Shown here piece by piece: positions 28,054 to 41,145 of a stretch of 64,000 nucleotides of DNA. The stretch lies in NCBI RefSeq assembly GCF_009914755.1, contig NC_060929.1; one strand, 5' to 3'. The number at the start of each line of letters is the position of its first letter. Positions within the stretch are counted from its first letter, which is position 1. Both the position numbers and the translations under genes were made by a program. Below the pieces are notes generated by a model, which saw nothing but the letters and a program-made list of their open reading frames with translations, searched no databases and was not told the DNA's origin. The DNA comes from the human T2T-CHM13v2.0 reference genome, Homo sapiens.

Positions 28054-28224
28054 TAGTTCAATAAAACATTGTTAACGAATAAGTAATATTTTAAGATTAG
28101 AGATTAGAGATGGTAATAAGGATTATGCAACTTCTGCATAATTATTTAATCAAAAAGCATTATTTGGTGTCTCTTTTGGTCCTCTTCTATGCTAGATTAT
28201 AAAGATACAAATGTGAAAAATGTA
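28054..28224 (+). repeat. Left arm of long inverted duplication
   Basis: Reverse complement of 28672-28835 with 4 substitutions and one 7-bp tandem expansion (agattag). Confidence 0.97.
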
Positions 28225-28671
28225 GTAGTTGTGTCAAAATCTACTCAATTTAATAATATTAATAAAGATTAAAATGTTTCTTTATGTGTGGACTCATTAG
28301 CTCTAAGTGAAGTTTTAGATCTCTATATGAACTTAGAGTCAGTGTAACAAAGACTCCCGCAATCTGTGGTCTTGTTCAAAGTAACTTGCAAAATTATGAT
28401 TTTTTTTCCCACTCTCACCATAAAGGGTTCCAGAAGAAATAGAAGAGGAAACCACACATTGCAGCTCAAGACTCACCTACTCTGTTATAGTTCCCTGATG
28501 ACCTCCCCTAAAGGGTCAATTACACTTCCCACTGAACAACCCTTCCTTATATAATTCCCTTGGTTTTATTTTGCTTGTTCTTTAATCATAGGACTGAGAT
28601 TATTTACTTACATTTCTTTATTAGAATATGATTTTCTTCAAGAGATATATTCTTCACAAGAATAAAGGTGA

Positions 28672-28835
28672 TACATTTTTCACATTTGTATCTTTATAAT
28701 CTAGCATAGAAGAGGACCAAAAGAGACACCAAATAATGCTTTTTGATTAAATAATTATGCACAAGTTGCATAATCCTTATTACTATCTCTAATCTTAAAA
28801 TATTACTGATTTGTTAACAATGTTTTATTGAACTA
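28672..28835 (-). repeat. Right arm of long inverted duplication
   Basis: tacatttttcacatttgtatctttataatctagcatagaagaggaccaaaagagacacc...ttttattgaacta is the reverse complement of 28054-28224. Confidence 0.97.
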
Positions 28836-28932
28836 TTGGACATTTTCTTTTTGAAGGTTGAAACTTTCTGAAGTTTACCAAATTATTTAAACTTGTACCT
28901 ACTGTTTTTGGAGTTAAAAGTTATACATAGGG

Positions 28933-29200
28933 TTCACTCATTCAAAACTCTGTATACACTTAAGGAGCACCTGCACTGTGGCAGCAGCTGTTCTAGGTAC
29001 TGGGGATCCCATGAAGAACACAACTGATAAAGGTCCTGCTTTCATGTAGGTTACCTTCTGATCAATAATACATAATAAACAAATAAATTAAAATATGCAA
29101 AATAATGTCAATTATAAGTGGGAGGAAGAATAATAAATAAAGACAATGGAATACACAGGGTGCTATTATGTATTTGGATGATCAGGAAAGGTGTTCTGTG
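28933..29200 (-). mobile_element. L2 3' fragment
   Basis: ttcactcattcaaaa...gagcacctgcactgtggcagcagctgttctaggtactggggat. Confidence 0.7.
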
Positions 29201-30639
29201 ATAGAGCAGACAAATTCTTAATAAGCTTGTTCAGAAATAAGTAAATACATAGGAAAGACTGAAAGACTGATAGAATTAAAACAGACTAGGAAAAATGCTG
29301 GATACAACTTTTATCTTTGTAGCCTTTAGGACAATAGTGGACAAGCATACAAAAAAATAGCCTCCTCCCTCCAAAAAACAGACACATATGATGGACATTA
29401 TATTGTTTTTCTTAGTATAACAATTTAGTCATTTACAAGAACAGGTAAAGTGAGTGTAATTGTTTATACAGCCTTTCAGTGGTCTCTGGTTTGCAGCATA
29501 CATCTGCAAAAAACTAATGTCCTGTCTGACAAGAGACTACTGCATTTCTCATCTTGCCTACTACCACTACCAAAAACCTCATGTGATTTGAAATAATATT
29601 GTAATTCCCATTAAAATGCATTTCTATATTCTAAAATGGCAGCATATATTTGCATTTTTTTATTCACCAAAAAAGTGCATATTAATTCATTGACAGTAAC
29701 TTTAAATTACATTTTAGTTTTTGTATTGAAACAGCATGGACAAAATAACAGAAGCTAGCAAACCAGAAAAGAAACGCTTTGTAATACAGAAAGGGAAAAT
29801 AATGAGAACTGTTTGATTTTTGTCTTTAATATAGATTATAATTTGGATTTAGAAAGGCTTATTAATAAAGTATTTTTTCAGACAAGTTAGAAAAGTGATT
29901 TCCTGTAAATCATTGGAAAAAATAAAAAATGAACACTATAACTATAGCTTCTATCCATGCATTATGTCACCTATATGCCTAGGGAAGAAATAACTGATTA
30001 GAGCTCCTCAGAATGGATCATTAGTGAAGCAGAAGGCATGTGGCTAGAAAAGTAATTTAGTGTTTATTCTGGTAGAATGTTTTCTTAATGCATGGTACAA
30101 CCTAGGCAACACAATGAGAGCAATTTTGACTTTCGTATTATTAAAAGGGTAGGGAGCAAAACTTTAAGAGCTTCATTTTAGATGTTTTAAGCCCATGGTT
30201 ATTCAGAAATAGTCTTTACCATAATTATTAAATAGAAAGAGAAATCCATTAGCTCTAACAAAAAGATAAGCTAAATCCAAACTGATTTTACAAACACAAT
30301 TTACCTTAAATCCCGAAAGAACAAAGGCAATTTTGTTAGATACACTATCATTTCCCTCAGGATTTTTTTTAAAATTGCTTCTTGTTTGACAGATAAACAG
30401 GGTCAAATGAAAAACAAAAAACAAAAATTTATTGACTTGTTTATTAGACATTCTCATAACTGCAAAACAATAATATATGCTTAAAATGGAAACTGAATCA
30501 CATCAGTAGTATTAAATGTCAATATACCTTTAGTATGGAAAAGTATTTACTAGGTTCCTAGGACATATTTATTTATTTTAACGTTTTATGTAAAAAAAAT
30601 CTTTAGTATAAAGCTATCAATTCAGTTCAAGTCAAAGAA

Positions 30640-31420
30640 ATAAGTCCATATTAAGTAACTACTTCTACAAAGCACAGTGCTAGATGAAATGTGAGATAGG
30701 AAGATAGTAAAACTTGACAGCTAGCCTCCAAGGGATCACGATCTAGTGTGGGAGAAAGAAGTTTAAAGCAATTAACTATAAAGTAAGACATAATGTATTA
30801 AGTGCTGTAATATAGATACAACGTGACAGGAGGGTAGTGCAAAAGGAGGAATTAATTCTGGCTAGAGAAGGAAAAAGTTTCCTGAAAGTAGGTTTTGAGC
30901 AAGTTGTTTTGAAAAGTTCACATTGTGATACGGAAAGGGAGGAAGGAATCTGTGAGACATGAGGAGTTAATGTGTATATTGAGGCTTGCGGAGCAGGTAC
31001 TCTAGAGGCTAGAACGCTGGGAGCGGGGAGAATGAAGCAGGAATTGAGGCCGGAATGGGTGGTTGAAGTTAATTAATGAAGGACACTACAGAGTTTCGAG
31101 TCCATTCTCTAAGTCGTAGGAATCCATAAAGGGTTTCCAAGCAGGGAGTGGCACAATCTGACCTGTGTTTGGGAAGGTAAGTTTGGTAGCAAAGAAAGGG
31201 ATAGAGTGCAGCAGCCAACACTTCAAATTAAAGGGATCATTTCACAAATTATTAACACTACAGCAAGAGGGCATGTAGTGTAAAACCACAGCTGTCACAA
31301 AGAAAATATAAAGGAAGGGAACATAGCAGTGAGATCTCATGACTGATGGGATGTAGGAGATGAAGTAACAATGGTCAAAAATGACTTTGGATAACAGAAG
31401 GATAATGATGAGATTAAAGA
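30640..31420 (-). mobile_element. L2 fragment
   Basis: gcacagtgctagatg...gcctccaagggatcacgatctagtg...aagcagggagtggcacaatctgacctgtgttt; purine-rich antisense L2. Confidence 0.65.
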
Positions 31421-31573
31421 CGATGTAGACAAAGAAGGCTTGGAAAAGTCAAGGTCAATATTTTTCATGTTTTTTGGAAAAGTCAAAAAATATTTTGACA
31501 TGTAACAAGTACTTAAAAATTTTCTAAAAGTTAAAATTTCCATGATTTAAGAGGTCATAAAGCTCATTGAATC

Positions 31574-31773
31574 CAGTGGTTCGTTATTGGCTGAACATTA
31601 AAAACAACTGAGGAGCAATATTTTTAAAATACTGATATCTGTAATCAGTTGCATGAAGTGTGGATTTGAGTGGTCTGACCAGATATTCTTTATTTGATTT
31701 GATTTGATTTGCTTGTGTGTTCCTTTTTAAGTTCCCCAAGTGATGTGAAAATGTAGCCAGGTTGGAAACGTCT
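31574..31773. mobile_element. MER5-like hAT-Charlie fossil
   Basis: cagtggttc...ttggctgaacattaaaaacaactgaggagc...aagttccccaagtgatgtgaaaatgtagccaggttggaaac. Confidence 0.6.
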
Positions 31774-31959
31774 AAAATAATCTATATCCTTTAATTTGAA
31801 GATTATCCTGAAATTCAGTGAGATTTTGATATCTTTGAGAGGTTTTCATTTCTTGACATGTTATGCTTCTAGTTCTTCTCCAATATTTCTGACTTCCTTT
31901 CCTCTTTCTCTAGCCGCTCTTTTCACACATTTGTCCAATGAGTCCAATCAGTGAAGTGA

Positions 31960-33233
<1,274 letters not shown>

Positions 33234-34118
33234 GAACATTACGGAAGGAATAAATGAAAGTAATTTTAAAAAAAGAAATTAGGAATACAATAGTAACTGG
33301 AACATGACTGCTGCTTATATTAAGTGCCTTTTCAGTTATCATTTTTCATGACTTTAACCATAATCTTTATGCTTAACTCTTAAAATGATGTCCCTAGTCT
33401 GGCTCTCTCTGCTAATTCCCAGTACCACATTTCAACTTGCTTCTTTGATATTTTATCCTGGAGGAGTTGCTGTCATACAAACTCAGTATTTCTAAATTAA
33501 AACTTACCTTTCTTCCAAAATTCATCACTAGTTCTACAAATACAAAAGGGACACCTAACATACATCTTCTTCATGCAAAATCATTCATCTTGTTATTCCC
33601 ATTTAAATGAATTTGACTCATCTCTGCTTGTCACCTCTGATGTGAAACTCTCTCCTAGGCTATCTGTGGTCCCAAGCACAACACAAGTCTATTAGCAATT
33701 AATTATCGCTTTCATTTTTCTGAGGAAGCAATAGTCTCAACTCAGGACCACTTTCATCTTTTTTCCCCTTTAGCTTTATTTCTTACTCATCATGTAAGCA
33801 CAGATATCTAAAGTGGGAGAATTTTCCTTTAGCCAGGGGTTGGGGTTAGAAGGTGGGAGATGGGAAGGCATTTTCCTTCTTTTAAATTTTGATATTTTTT
33901 CTCTCCCTAAAAGTCACTATTTCTATTGTAATATTTGCCTCAAACACTGTATTAATAAATTTAGGCATGGGGCATGCAAAAGCCAGAGACTGGCTATTTC
34001 TTTACTAAAATCTCATCCTAAAACAGTGATGAATATACTGCTTGGTTTGGAAAATTAAGGTGGAAATAACAGGAGAAAAAACGTCTGCTAATAATACAGT
34101 ATTGTTTTCAGCTGTATT

Positions 34119-34217
34119 TTAACCTCTTTGTGCTTTACTTCTTCAATAATAAAATAAAGATAACTGTACCCATCTTTCATAGTTATAAAGATTAAATAAT
34201 ACAACACTCGTTAAGTA
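34119..34217 (+). mobile_element. MIR fragment
   Basis: ttaacctctttgtgctttactttcttcaataataaaataaagataac. Confidence 0.5.
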
Positions 34218-36008
34218 TTCTCATTTTTATCTTATCTGAATGTCATAGACTTCACCTTTAACATCAAATCAACTAATTGCTGTTTGTCACAAAAAGAATC
34301 AAGCAGAGAATACGCATGTTTAGGAAGAAAAATATCAGTTATGAGTAGAGTTGCCACAGGATTATCGTCCAGATGCGTTTTCTGCAATATTAGTGAAACA
34401 TTACTCTCTTAGGGGCTGTGGAAGGGTTGCAGGTGATGCTGGGAAGCTAGATGTTCTAAAGCAATCCTAGAGTACTTGTCAGATGTCTTGATTAATTGCT
34501 GTTTTTGAAGCAGAAGTAAGAGCATCATATAACCGTGAACAAACACCAGACATCCAAATAAGCTCCCATCCAGTACAGCTCCACACCAGCCAAGGTACTC
34601 AGCTGTAAACTAGAGGTACTTGCTTGCCTTCTAAAGTCATCAATGAGCTTAGCCAACCAGCAAATGATAACAATAAACAACTATCCATGCATGAAACAAG
34701 AAATCAGAATTTTATACTTGTGTGCATGCTTAAGCTAGGAGAGATGCCAGTCATTGAGCTTTTTTAAAAAAAGAAAGTCTGTGGAAAAAACAAGATGGCT
34801 ATTTAGAATCCCCTTCAAGACCCTGGGAAATGTACCCAGTGTCTTCCTAGCTCCACCAGTTTCTGCATATAGTGGAAAGAAGCTGTGGCTCCTGGAAGCC
34901 CCAGGAAATAAGCTACCTGCAATATGCAGAACAATTAACCTAAAGCAGATTCTGGCTGGTAAATGTGGGAGATGTGCCTTTGTTTGGTCAGGCAGAGACT
35001 TCCCTGATGTGCTCCTGTTAAGATTTTTCACACACATTTGAATTGCCTGCATTCAGCTGCTCCCCTGGCAGAAGTATTCTAAAGGCCTCACTTCTGTCAC
35101 CCTGAATGAGTAGCTGGGTTGAGAGGACTGAGAGGATTTGAGAGGATTTATGTGGAGTGGCAATGAAGAGATACCCCCACCTGGGGAGTGGGGATAGGGT
35201 GTGTCTCTTCGTAGCTCCTCTACATTCTGCAGTTTGCTCGCAGTTCAATTATTTACTGAAAGTGAGTAACAAAATCATGTGTTTAGGCCTTTGATTAAAG
35301 AGAGGATAATGTTTTGTTAGATAAGTCAGCTGCAGAAATTCAGTCTGAATGTGGCTGCTGCCGCAGCTGAAAGGTTTTGATTTGGCTAATCACAGAGGTC
35401 TTTCTCAAACACTAACTAAGGACTCCAAGCAGAACAAATTCATTCCTGATGAAGTCTTGAAACCGACAACATGGAATAATTTGAATCACAGACCTGTAAA
35501 ATTTGATCAGGATGGAATTAAACAACTCTCCTGAAGTGATTTGGCAGCCTATTTTAACCAAGGCACTACAGTGACACTGGGTAGCCAATGGAGGGTCATT
35601 TTTATCTGTAATCTTGCTCGGATTTCTGCTTCCAAAAGGAATTCTGAGGCTCATACCATGGAGGTTGTATTTGCTTGCCTGAAATCAAACTTGAAGATAT
35701 GGCACAATACTCACTCGCATGCTCTATTCACTACCATTTATGGCTTCATCATTTTCAAAAGTGTCCAGACCTCTCTGGGATCCACTTATGTTAGGACCAT
35801 ATCTTGGGGGGTGATGGTACATATATATGTATTACCATCTGTGTGCAAAATAATTTCTTTTTATTTCTCCTACACTTTACATCTCATACATTTTAAAGGA
35901 TTTAAAGTACACATAGATGGAGAGAAAATAGGAAATTAGCATAAGATCATCAGCCCAACCTTGAACTACACTGGCCCCAAGGTAGAAATTCTCTTTGAGT
36001 GGAATCTT

Positions 36009-36292
36009 TTTTCTTTTTTTTTGAGACGGAGTCTTGCTCTGTCACCCAGGCTGGAGTGCAGTGGCGCGATCTCAGCTTACTGCAAGCTCTGCCTCCCAGG
36101 TTCACGCCTCAGCCTCCGGAGTAGCTGGGACTACAGGCGCCCGCCACCACACCCAGCTAATTTTTTGTATTTTTAGTAGAGATGGGTTTTCACCGTGTTA
36201 GCCAGAATAGTCTTGATCTCATGACCTCGTGATCTGCCCGCCTCGGCCTCCAAAAGTGCTGGGATTACAGGCGTGAGCCACCGCACCCAGCC
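36009..36292 (-). mobile_element. AluY with an internal 11-bp deletion
   Basis: ttcacgcctcagcc where consensus has ttcacgccattctcctgcctcagcc (gcc microhomology). Perfect 16-bp TSD ctttgagtggaatctt at 35993-36008 and 36293-36308. Confidence 0.95.
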
Positions 36293-36963
36293 CTTTGAGT
36301 GGAATCTTAATGAAATATATTGACTCATTCACTTTTGTTTTCATAGTTTACTGGTCAGGCAATATTAGCTGGGCCTTCCGGGGACAGGGTAGATGAGAGG
36401 ATAGAGTCTAAGTGGGAAGAGAGATTCCTCGAGTCCTACTCTAGATGCTGTAAATTCTGTTCTTGAATATAAGCAATTTGTACATTGTGATAAAAGATTC
36501 TCCTTTATCTTTGCAAGAAAATGTTAAAAATCATTATTAAACCATTTTACCACAAAAAGGTGCAACATCGAAAAAACATATTTTTAAATATTATGATCTA
36601 CTTTCTTAGATATAGGTGTAATGAAGGAAACTTTCTGAGGATGGTACATAGGACAGAGCTCATCAAATTTTAGAAGGTGTATGTGGTGGTGGGATGAAGG
36701 GTCAAAATGGCAGCCGATTACAAAAGAAAAGAAGATCTAAAAAAATCAATATCCAAAATGGACAATAAAAAATAAAATTACTGAATTTCAAAGAAGGAAA
36801 GTGAGTAGGAGGTTTAAGAGAATGATAAAATGAAGATGATCCAAAAATGTGGTATAAAAATTGTGCATTTTTGAAGCAAACATCATATTATATTTTATTG
36901 ATAGACCTTACATGTTACTGATGCTTGGTGACAAGAGAAATGTTATTGCTAGAGCAAGGAGTC

Positions 36964-37969
36964 TGTGGGTGGCAAGCCACCCAGGCGCCGAGGCAAGAGA
37001 CCAAGGACATGAGCTGTTCCAGTATAATAAAATATAAAACAAGAATAGTTATACCAGATATAGAGCTTAGATATGATTATATATGAATATCATTAATCAT
37101 TAGTTGGTAGTAATTACTCTTTATCCCAATATTATAATAATCCTCGCTCTATAATCATAACCTAGGAAAAACCAGGCCACACAGAGATAGGAGCTGAGGG
37201 GACATAGTGAGGTGTGACCAGAAGACAAGAGTGAGAGCTTTCTGTTATGCCCGGACAGGGCCACCAGAGGGCTCCTTGGTCTGGCGGTGACGCCAGCATC
37301 TGGGAAGACCCCCATTGTCAGGCGGACCGTGGTCTAGCGGTAGCGAAAAGTGTCAAGGAAAACCATCCGCTACTTAGCAGACCGGGAAAGGGAGTCTCCT
37401 TTTCCCTGGGGGAGTTTAGAGAAGACTCTGTTCCTTCACCTTTTGTGGAGGGCCTGACATCAGTTAGGCTTGCCGGCAGTTATCCGGAAGCCTAACCGTC
37501 TCCCTGTGATGCTGTGCTTCAGTGGTCACACTCCTAGTCCACCTTCATGTTCCATCCTGTACACCTGGCTCTGTCTTCTAGATAGCAGTAGAAAATTAGT
37601 GAAAGTACTAAAAGTCTCTGATATGCAGAAATATGGCATAAGCTGTCTTTCTCTTTGTCTCCTCTCTCTCTCTGCCTTGGCTGCCAGGCAGGGAAGGGCC
37701 CCCTGTCCAGTGGACACGTGAACCACGTGACCTTACCTATCATTGGAGATGACTCACACTCTTTACCCTGCCCCTTTTGCTTTGTATCCAATAAATAACA
37801 GCGCAGCCAGACATTCGGGGCCACTACTGGTCTCCGCGCGTTGGTGGTAGTGGTCCCCCAGGCCCAGCTGTCTTTTCTTTTATCTCTTTGTCTTGTGTCT
37901 TTATTTCTACACTCTCTCATCGTCGCACACGGGGAGAGACCCATGGACCCTGTAGGGCTGGTCCCTGCA
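36964..37969 (+). mobile_element. LTR13 solo LTR (ERVK class)
   Basis: TG...CA termini, 1006 bp. Start tgtgggtggcaagccacccaggcgccgaggcaagagacc matches remembered LTR13. Perfect 6-bp TSD ggagtc at 36958-36963 and 37970-37975. aataaa at 37790. Confidence 0.9.
37242..37274 (+). promoter_or_regulatory. Candidate CTCF site within LTR13
   Basis: ggccaccagagggctc closely matches the CTCF core (CCACCAGRGGGC at 37261-37272), with an upstream-module-like ctgttatgcc. Confidence 0.55.
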
Positions 37970-38501
37970 GGAGTCAAACAAATCGCTGGCTTCTCACAGC
38001 AATGAACAGGGTCTCTCACTTCAAGTTATTTATCCAGTGGCATTACTTCTTTGTGTTTTCTGAGGCATGCAGAGTGACATTGTGGGTAGAGGCCAGAGGG
38101 TGCTAAAGCCTGAAAGTGTGACATTTGCCTACAAATGCATATAAAAATGCACGTGCTCAATGTTTAAAACAGCTTTTAAATTCAAAGGAAATTCTTTTTA
38201 AACTAAGCTTTGCTCTTCAAAATGTTGTAAAAATTCCCAGGGTAGAAGGAGGTCCCCTTTTTAAAAATTTTCATTAAGCAATAATCGATTCCGATAATAA
38301 GCATCAAGAAAAGGAAATTAGGTCTACTAACGTGACACATTTCCTTTAATATATATAACTTAGTTCCTTTTTTTTTTTTTTGAAGATGCAGTGGCACAGG
38401 TAAAGAAATACAAACTTTTCCCTACCACAACTCTACCCTAAAGCTTAAAATATTTTTAAATGTCTCTGATGCATTTACTCAAAAATATATATTATTTATA
38501 T

Positions 38502-38591
38502 TTTAAGCTACCCAGTCTATGGTATTCTGTAACGGCAGCCTAAACTAAGACATGATTATTCTTAACAAATCACAATGTTTCTTTGCCATAA
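38502..38591 (+). repeat. Displaced direct copy of the MLT1A 3' end plus unique flank
   Basis: About 82% identical, ungapped, to 39443-39532. Confidence 0.8.
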
Positions 38592-38805
38592 TTATATATA
38601 TTATATACACTTCTTTCACAAACCATTGTTTGTGAAATATAAGGCTCATACAAGAGAGGCTGATTGAAGAAGTATGTATTGCTGAGTCACAACAGCAGAA
38701 TACAAAAAAAATTTGGTCTCCTTTAGTGAATTCTAATGTCAACATTAATTTAAAGGAGAGAAGAATGCTCTTAATAAGTTTGGAAGCATTTATTTATTTG
38801 TGGTT

Positions 38806-39396
38806 TGTTGTGGCTTAAATGTTTGTATCACCGCCAAATTTATATGTTAAAATCCTAACCCACAATGTGATGTAATTAGGAGATGAAGCCTTTGGAAGGT
38901 GATTGGGCCATAAGGGTGGAGCCCTAATAAATGGGACTTGTGCCCTTATAGAAGAGACCTTGAGTGCTCACTCCCTCTCTCTTCACTATGTGAGGATACT
39001 GCAGGAAATCAGTCATCTGAAAATCAGGAAGAAGGCCTTCACTAGACACTGAATTTGCTAGCACCTTGATCTTGGACCTCCCAGCCTCTGGATGGTGAGA
39101 AATAAATGTTTGTTGTTTGGCAGGGTGCAGTGGCTCACGCCTGTAATCACAGCACTTTGGGAGGCCAAGGCAGGTGGATCACGAGGTCAGGAGTTCAAGA
39201 CCAGCCTGGCCAACATAGTGAAACCCCGTCTCTACTCAAAATACAAAAATTAGCTGGGCATGGTGGCACGCACCTGTAATCAGCTACTCAGGAGGCTGAG
39301 GCAGGAGAATGGCTTGAATCTGGGAGGCGGAGGTTGTGGTGAGCTGAGATCACACCACTGCACTCCAACCTGGATAATAGAGGAAGACTCCATCTC

Positions 39397-39427
<31 letters not shown>

Positions 39428-39492
39428 AAAAACAGTTTGTTGTTTAAGCCACCCAGTCTTTGGTATTCTGTTATATTAGCCTGAATTAAGTC
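38806..39492 (+). mobile_element. MLT1A-like MaLR LTR interrupted by an Alu
   Basis: tgttgtggcttaaatgtttgtatc...caccttgatcttggacctcccagcctc...aagccacccagtctttggtattctgtta. Confidence 0.88.
39119..39434 (+). mobile_element. AluSg-like
   Basis: ggatcacgaggtcaggagttcaagaccagcctggccaac; (CAAAA)n tail. TSD gtttgttgttt at 39108-39118 and 39435-39445. Confidence 0.93.
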
Positions 39493-41027
39493 CTGATTAT
39501 TCTTAATAAATCACAATTTTCCCTTGCTATAAATTATTTTAAAATAAATTATATAAAAATGCACAGAAAATGAAGACCTTAATTAAAATAAATTGGAAGG
39601 CATTCCAAGTGCTATTAACATTAAGTGATAGGCCCATTTTCTCTGATTTACCAGAACAAAAGGCAAGTCATTTGACATTTCCTTGGCCTTAAAATATCCA
39701 CCTGGAAATGGAGATGCTAATTTTAATGTAATTCAGATAACTGGTAACATGTATAACTAATATAAATGCTTATAACGTATTGTCCTGCATATACATTATT
39801 ATGACAAATGTTAAAAGAGAATATTTTGTTTTTCTGATATTCTCATGTTGATTCCAGAGATAAAGACATACTGTTTAAAAGGAAGAATTTGGATCCTTGG
39901 GAAAACAACCAGTAAAGATTTTGACAAATATCTATAGACTTCCCACATTACTTACAAGTTGACTATAGACTCCATCACTGCCTTCAAGTATGATAAAATT
40001 GCTAATTTCATGGGGTATGTCTAAGCTCTTTTCTTTGGTTTCTCTGAGGTACTTTTTAAATGTTTATTGGGGCTATCTTAAAACTATCTTCCTTTGATTC
40101 TTCTGAAGTTGCATTTTAAAGTTTTGCTTCCCAGTGACTCATGCTTTCTTCATTTCCTGTTTCAGCTTCTCTTCTGCCGTCTGCTCCATAAATGGGGCCC
40201 TCTGCCAAGTTTCTGTTCCCTTTCTATGTTTTCTCTCTTATACATTGTATATACCTCTATGGCTTTAAATGTTGCTACTAAGTTAAAGATTTCTCAATTC
40301 ATTTATTTGGCAGCATATCTCTCTTGGTTCCAGTTAAAATTTCAGCTCCCCATCCGTAAGCTTTACATGTGCATCCTATGTAATATTTCTGGCTTCCAGC
40401 CTGTTCTGATCATGTTGCACTTGGAGAATACCTTTTCCTTGGTGAATTTGCTTCCTGATTCTCCCCGCTGAATAGCAACCACATCTCTAATTCAAACCTC
40501 TCGGCTCCAGATCAGTACATTCAATATTCAACTGGTTCTTTAATAATTACACATTAACACAAAAAAGTTACAGCAGTTCAACTTACCATACACAGGGTTC
40601 TTGATTTACCACTCTTCAATCTGATTCTTTTCTGGTGTCCTTTGCCTCAGTGAATTATATCACTCTCTATATTGTTTCACAAATTAGAAACATGGGCGTT
40701 ATCTTTGACTTATCCACATGTGCAATACAATACAACCATCACCACTGATTTAATCAAAGCTACCTTAATGTTTCCCCCATATTATCAGAAAGCTTAACAA
40801 TTCTCTTCATATAAGCACTTATTTTCTTCTCTCCTCTGCTTTCTTTACTGCAACTACACTCAGTTTCCATTTCCTTTCTCTTCATTTATCTGAAATTCTA
40901 CTCATTCTTAAAATCTCAGTTTATGGTCCAATTCTTCAAAAGTTTCCATGATTTCTACTGGCCGTCAAATTTTATTTTAATTTATAAAGTAGCAATATCT
41001 TGGAAAGCTAATGTGCTTTCATTTAGA

Positions 41028-41145
41028 CCCATTTCACAGATGAGAAATTTAAGGCTCAAAAGGAGATGTCATATGCCTGAAGTCCCCTAGCTACTCAGTA
41101 ACAGAGCAGGGGTTTGAAAACAAGTTTATGTCACTTAAAATTCAG
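41028..41145 (-). mobile_element. MIR SINE
   Basis: cccatttcacagatgagaaatttaaggctc...ctagctactcagtaacagagcaggggtttgaa. Confidence 0.75.

Noticed and set aside
31438-31505. Imperfect ~33-bp tandem duplication (ttggaaaagtcaa...)
   Set aside because: Short and degenerate; ordinary slippage.
34735-35939. ORFs of 60-132 aa in unique DNA
   Set aside because: No recognisable protein similarity, overlapping on both strands, no coherent splice structure.
37121-38106. ORF cluster, including a 161-aa minus-strand ORF
   Set aside because: Within or overlapping the LTR13 solo LTR; LTR-derived spurious frames.
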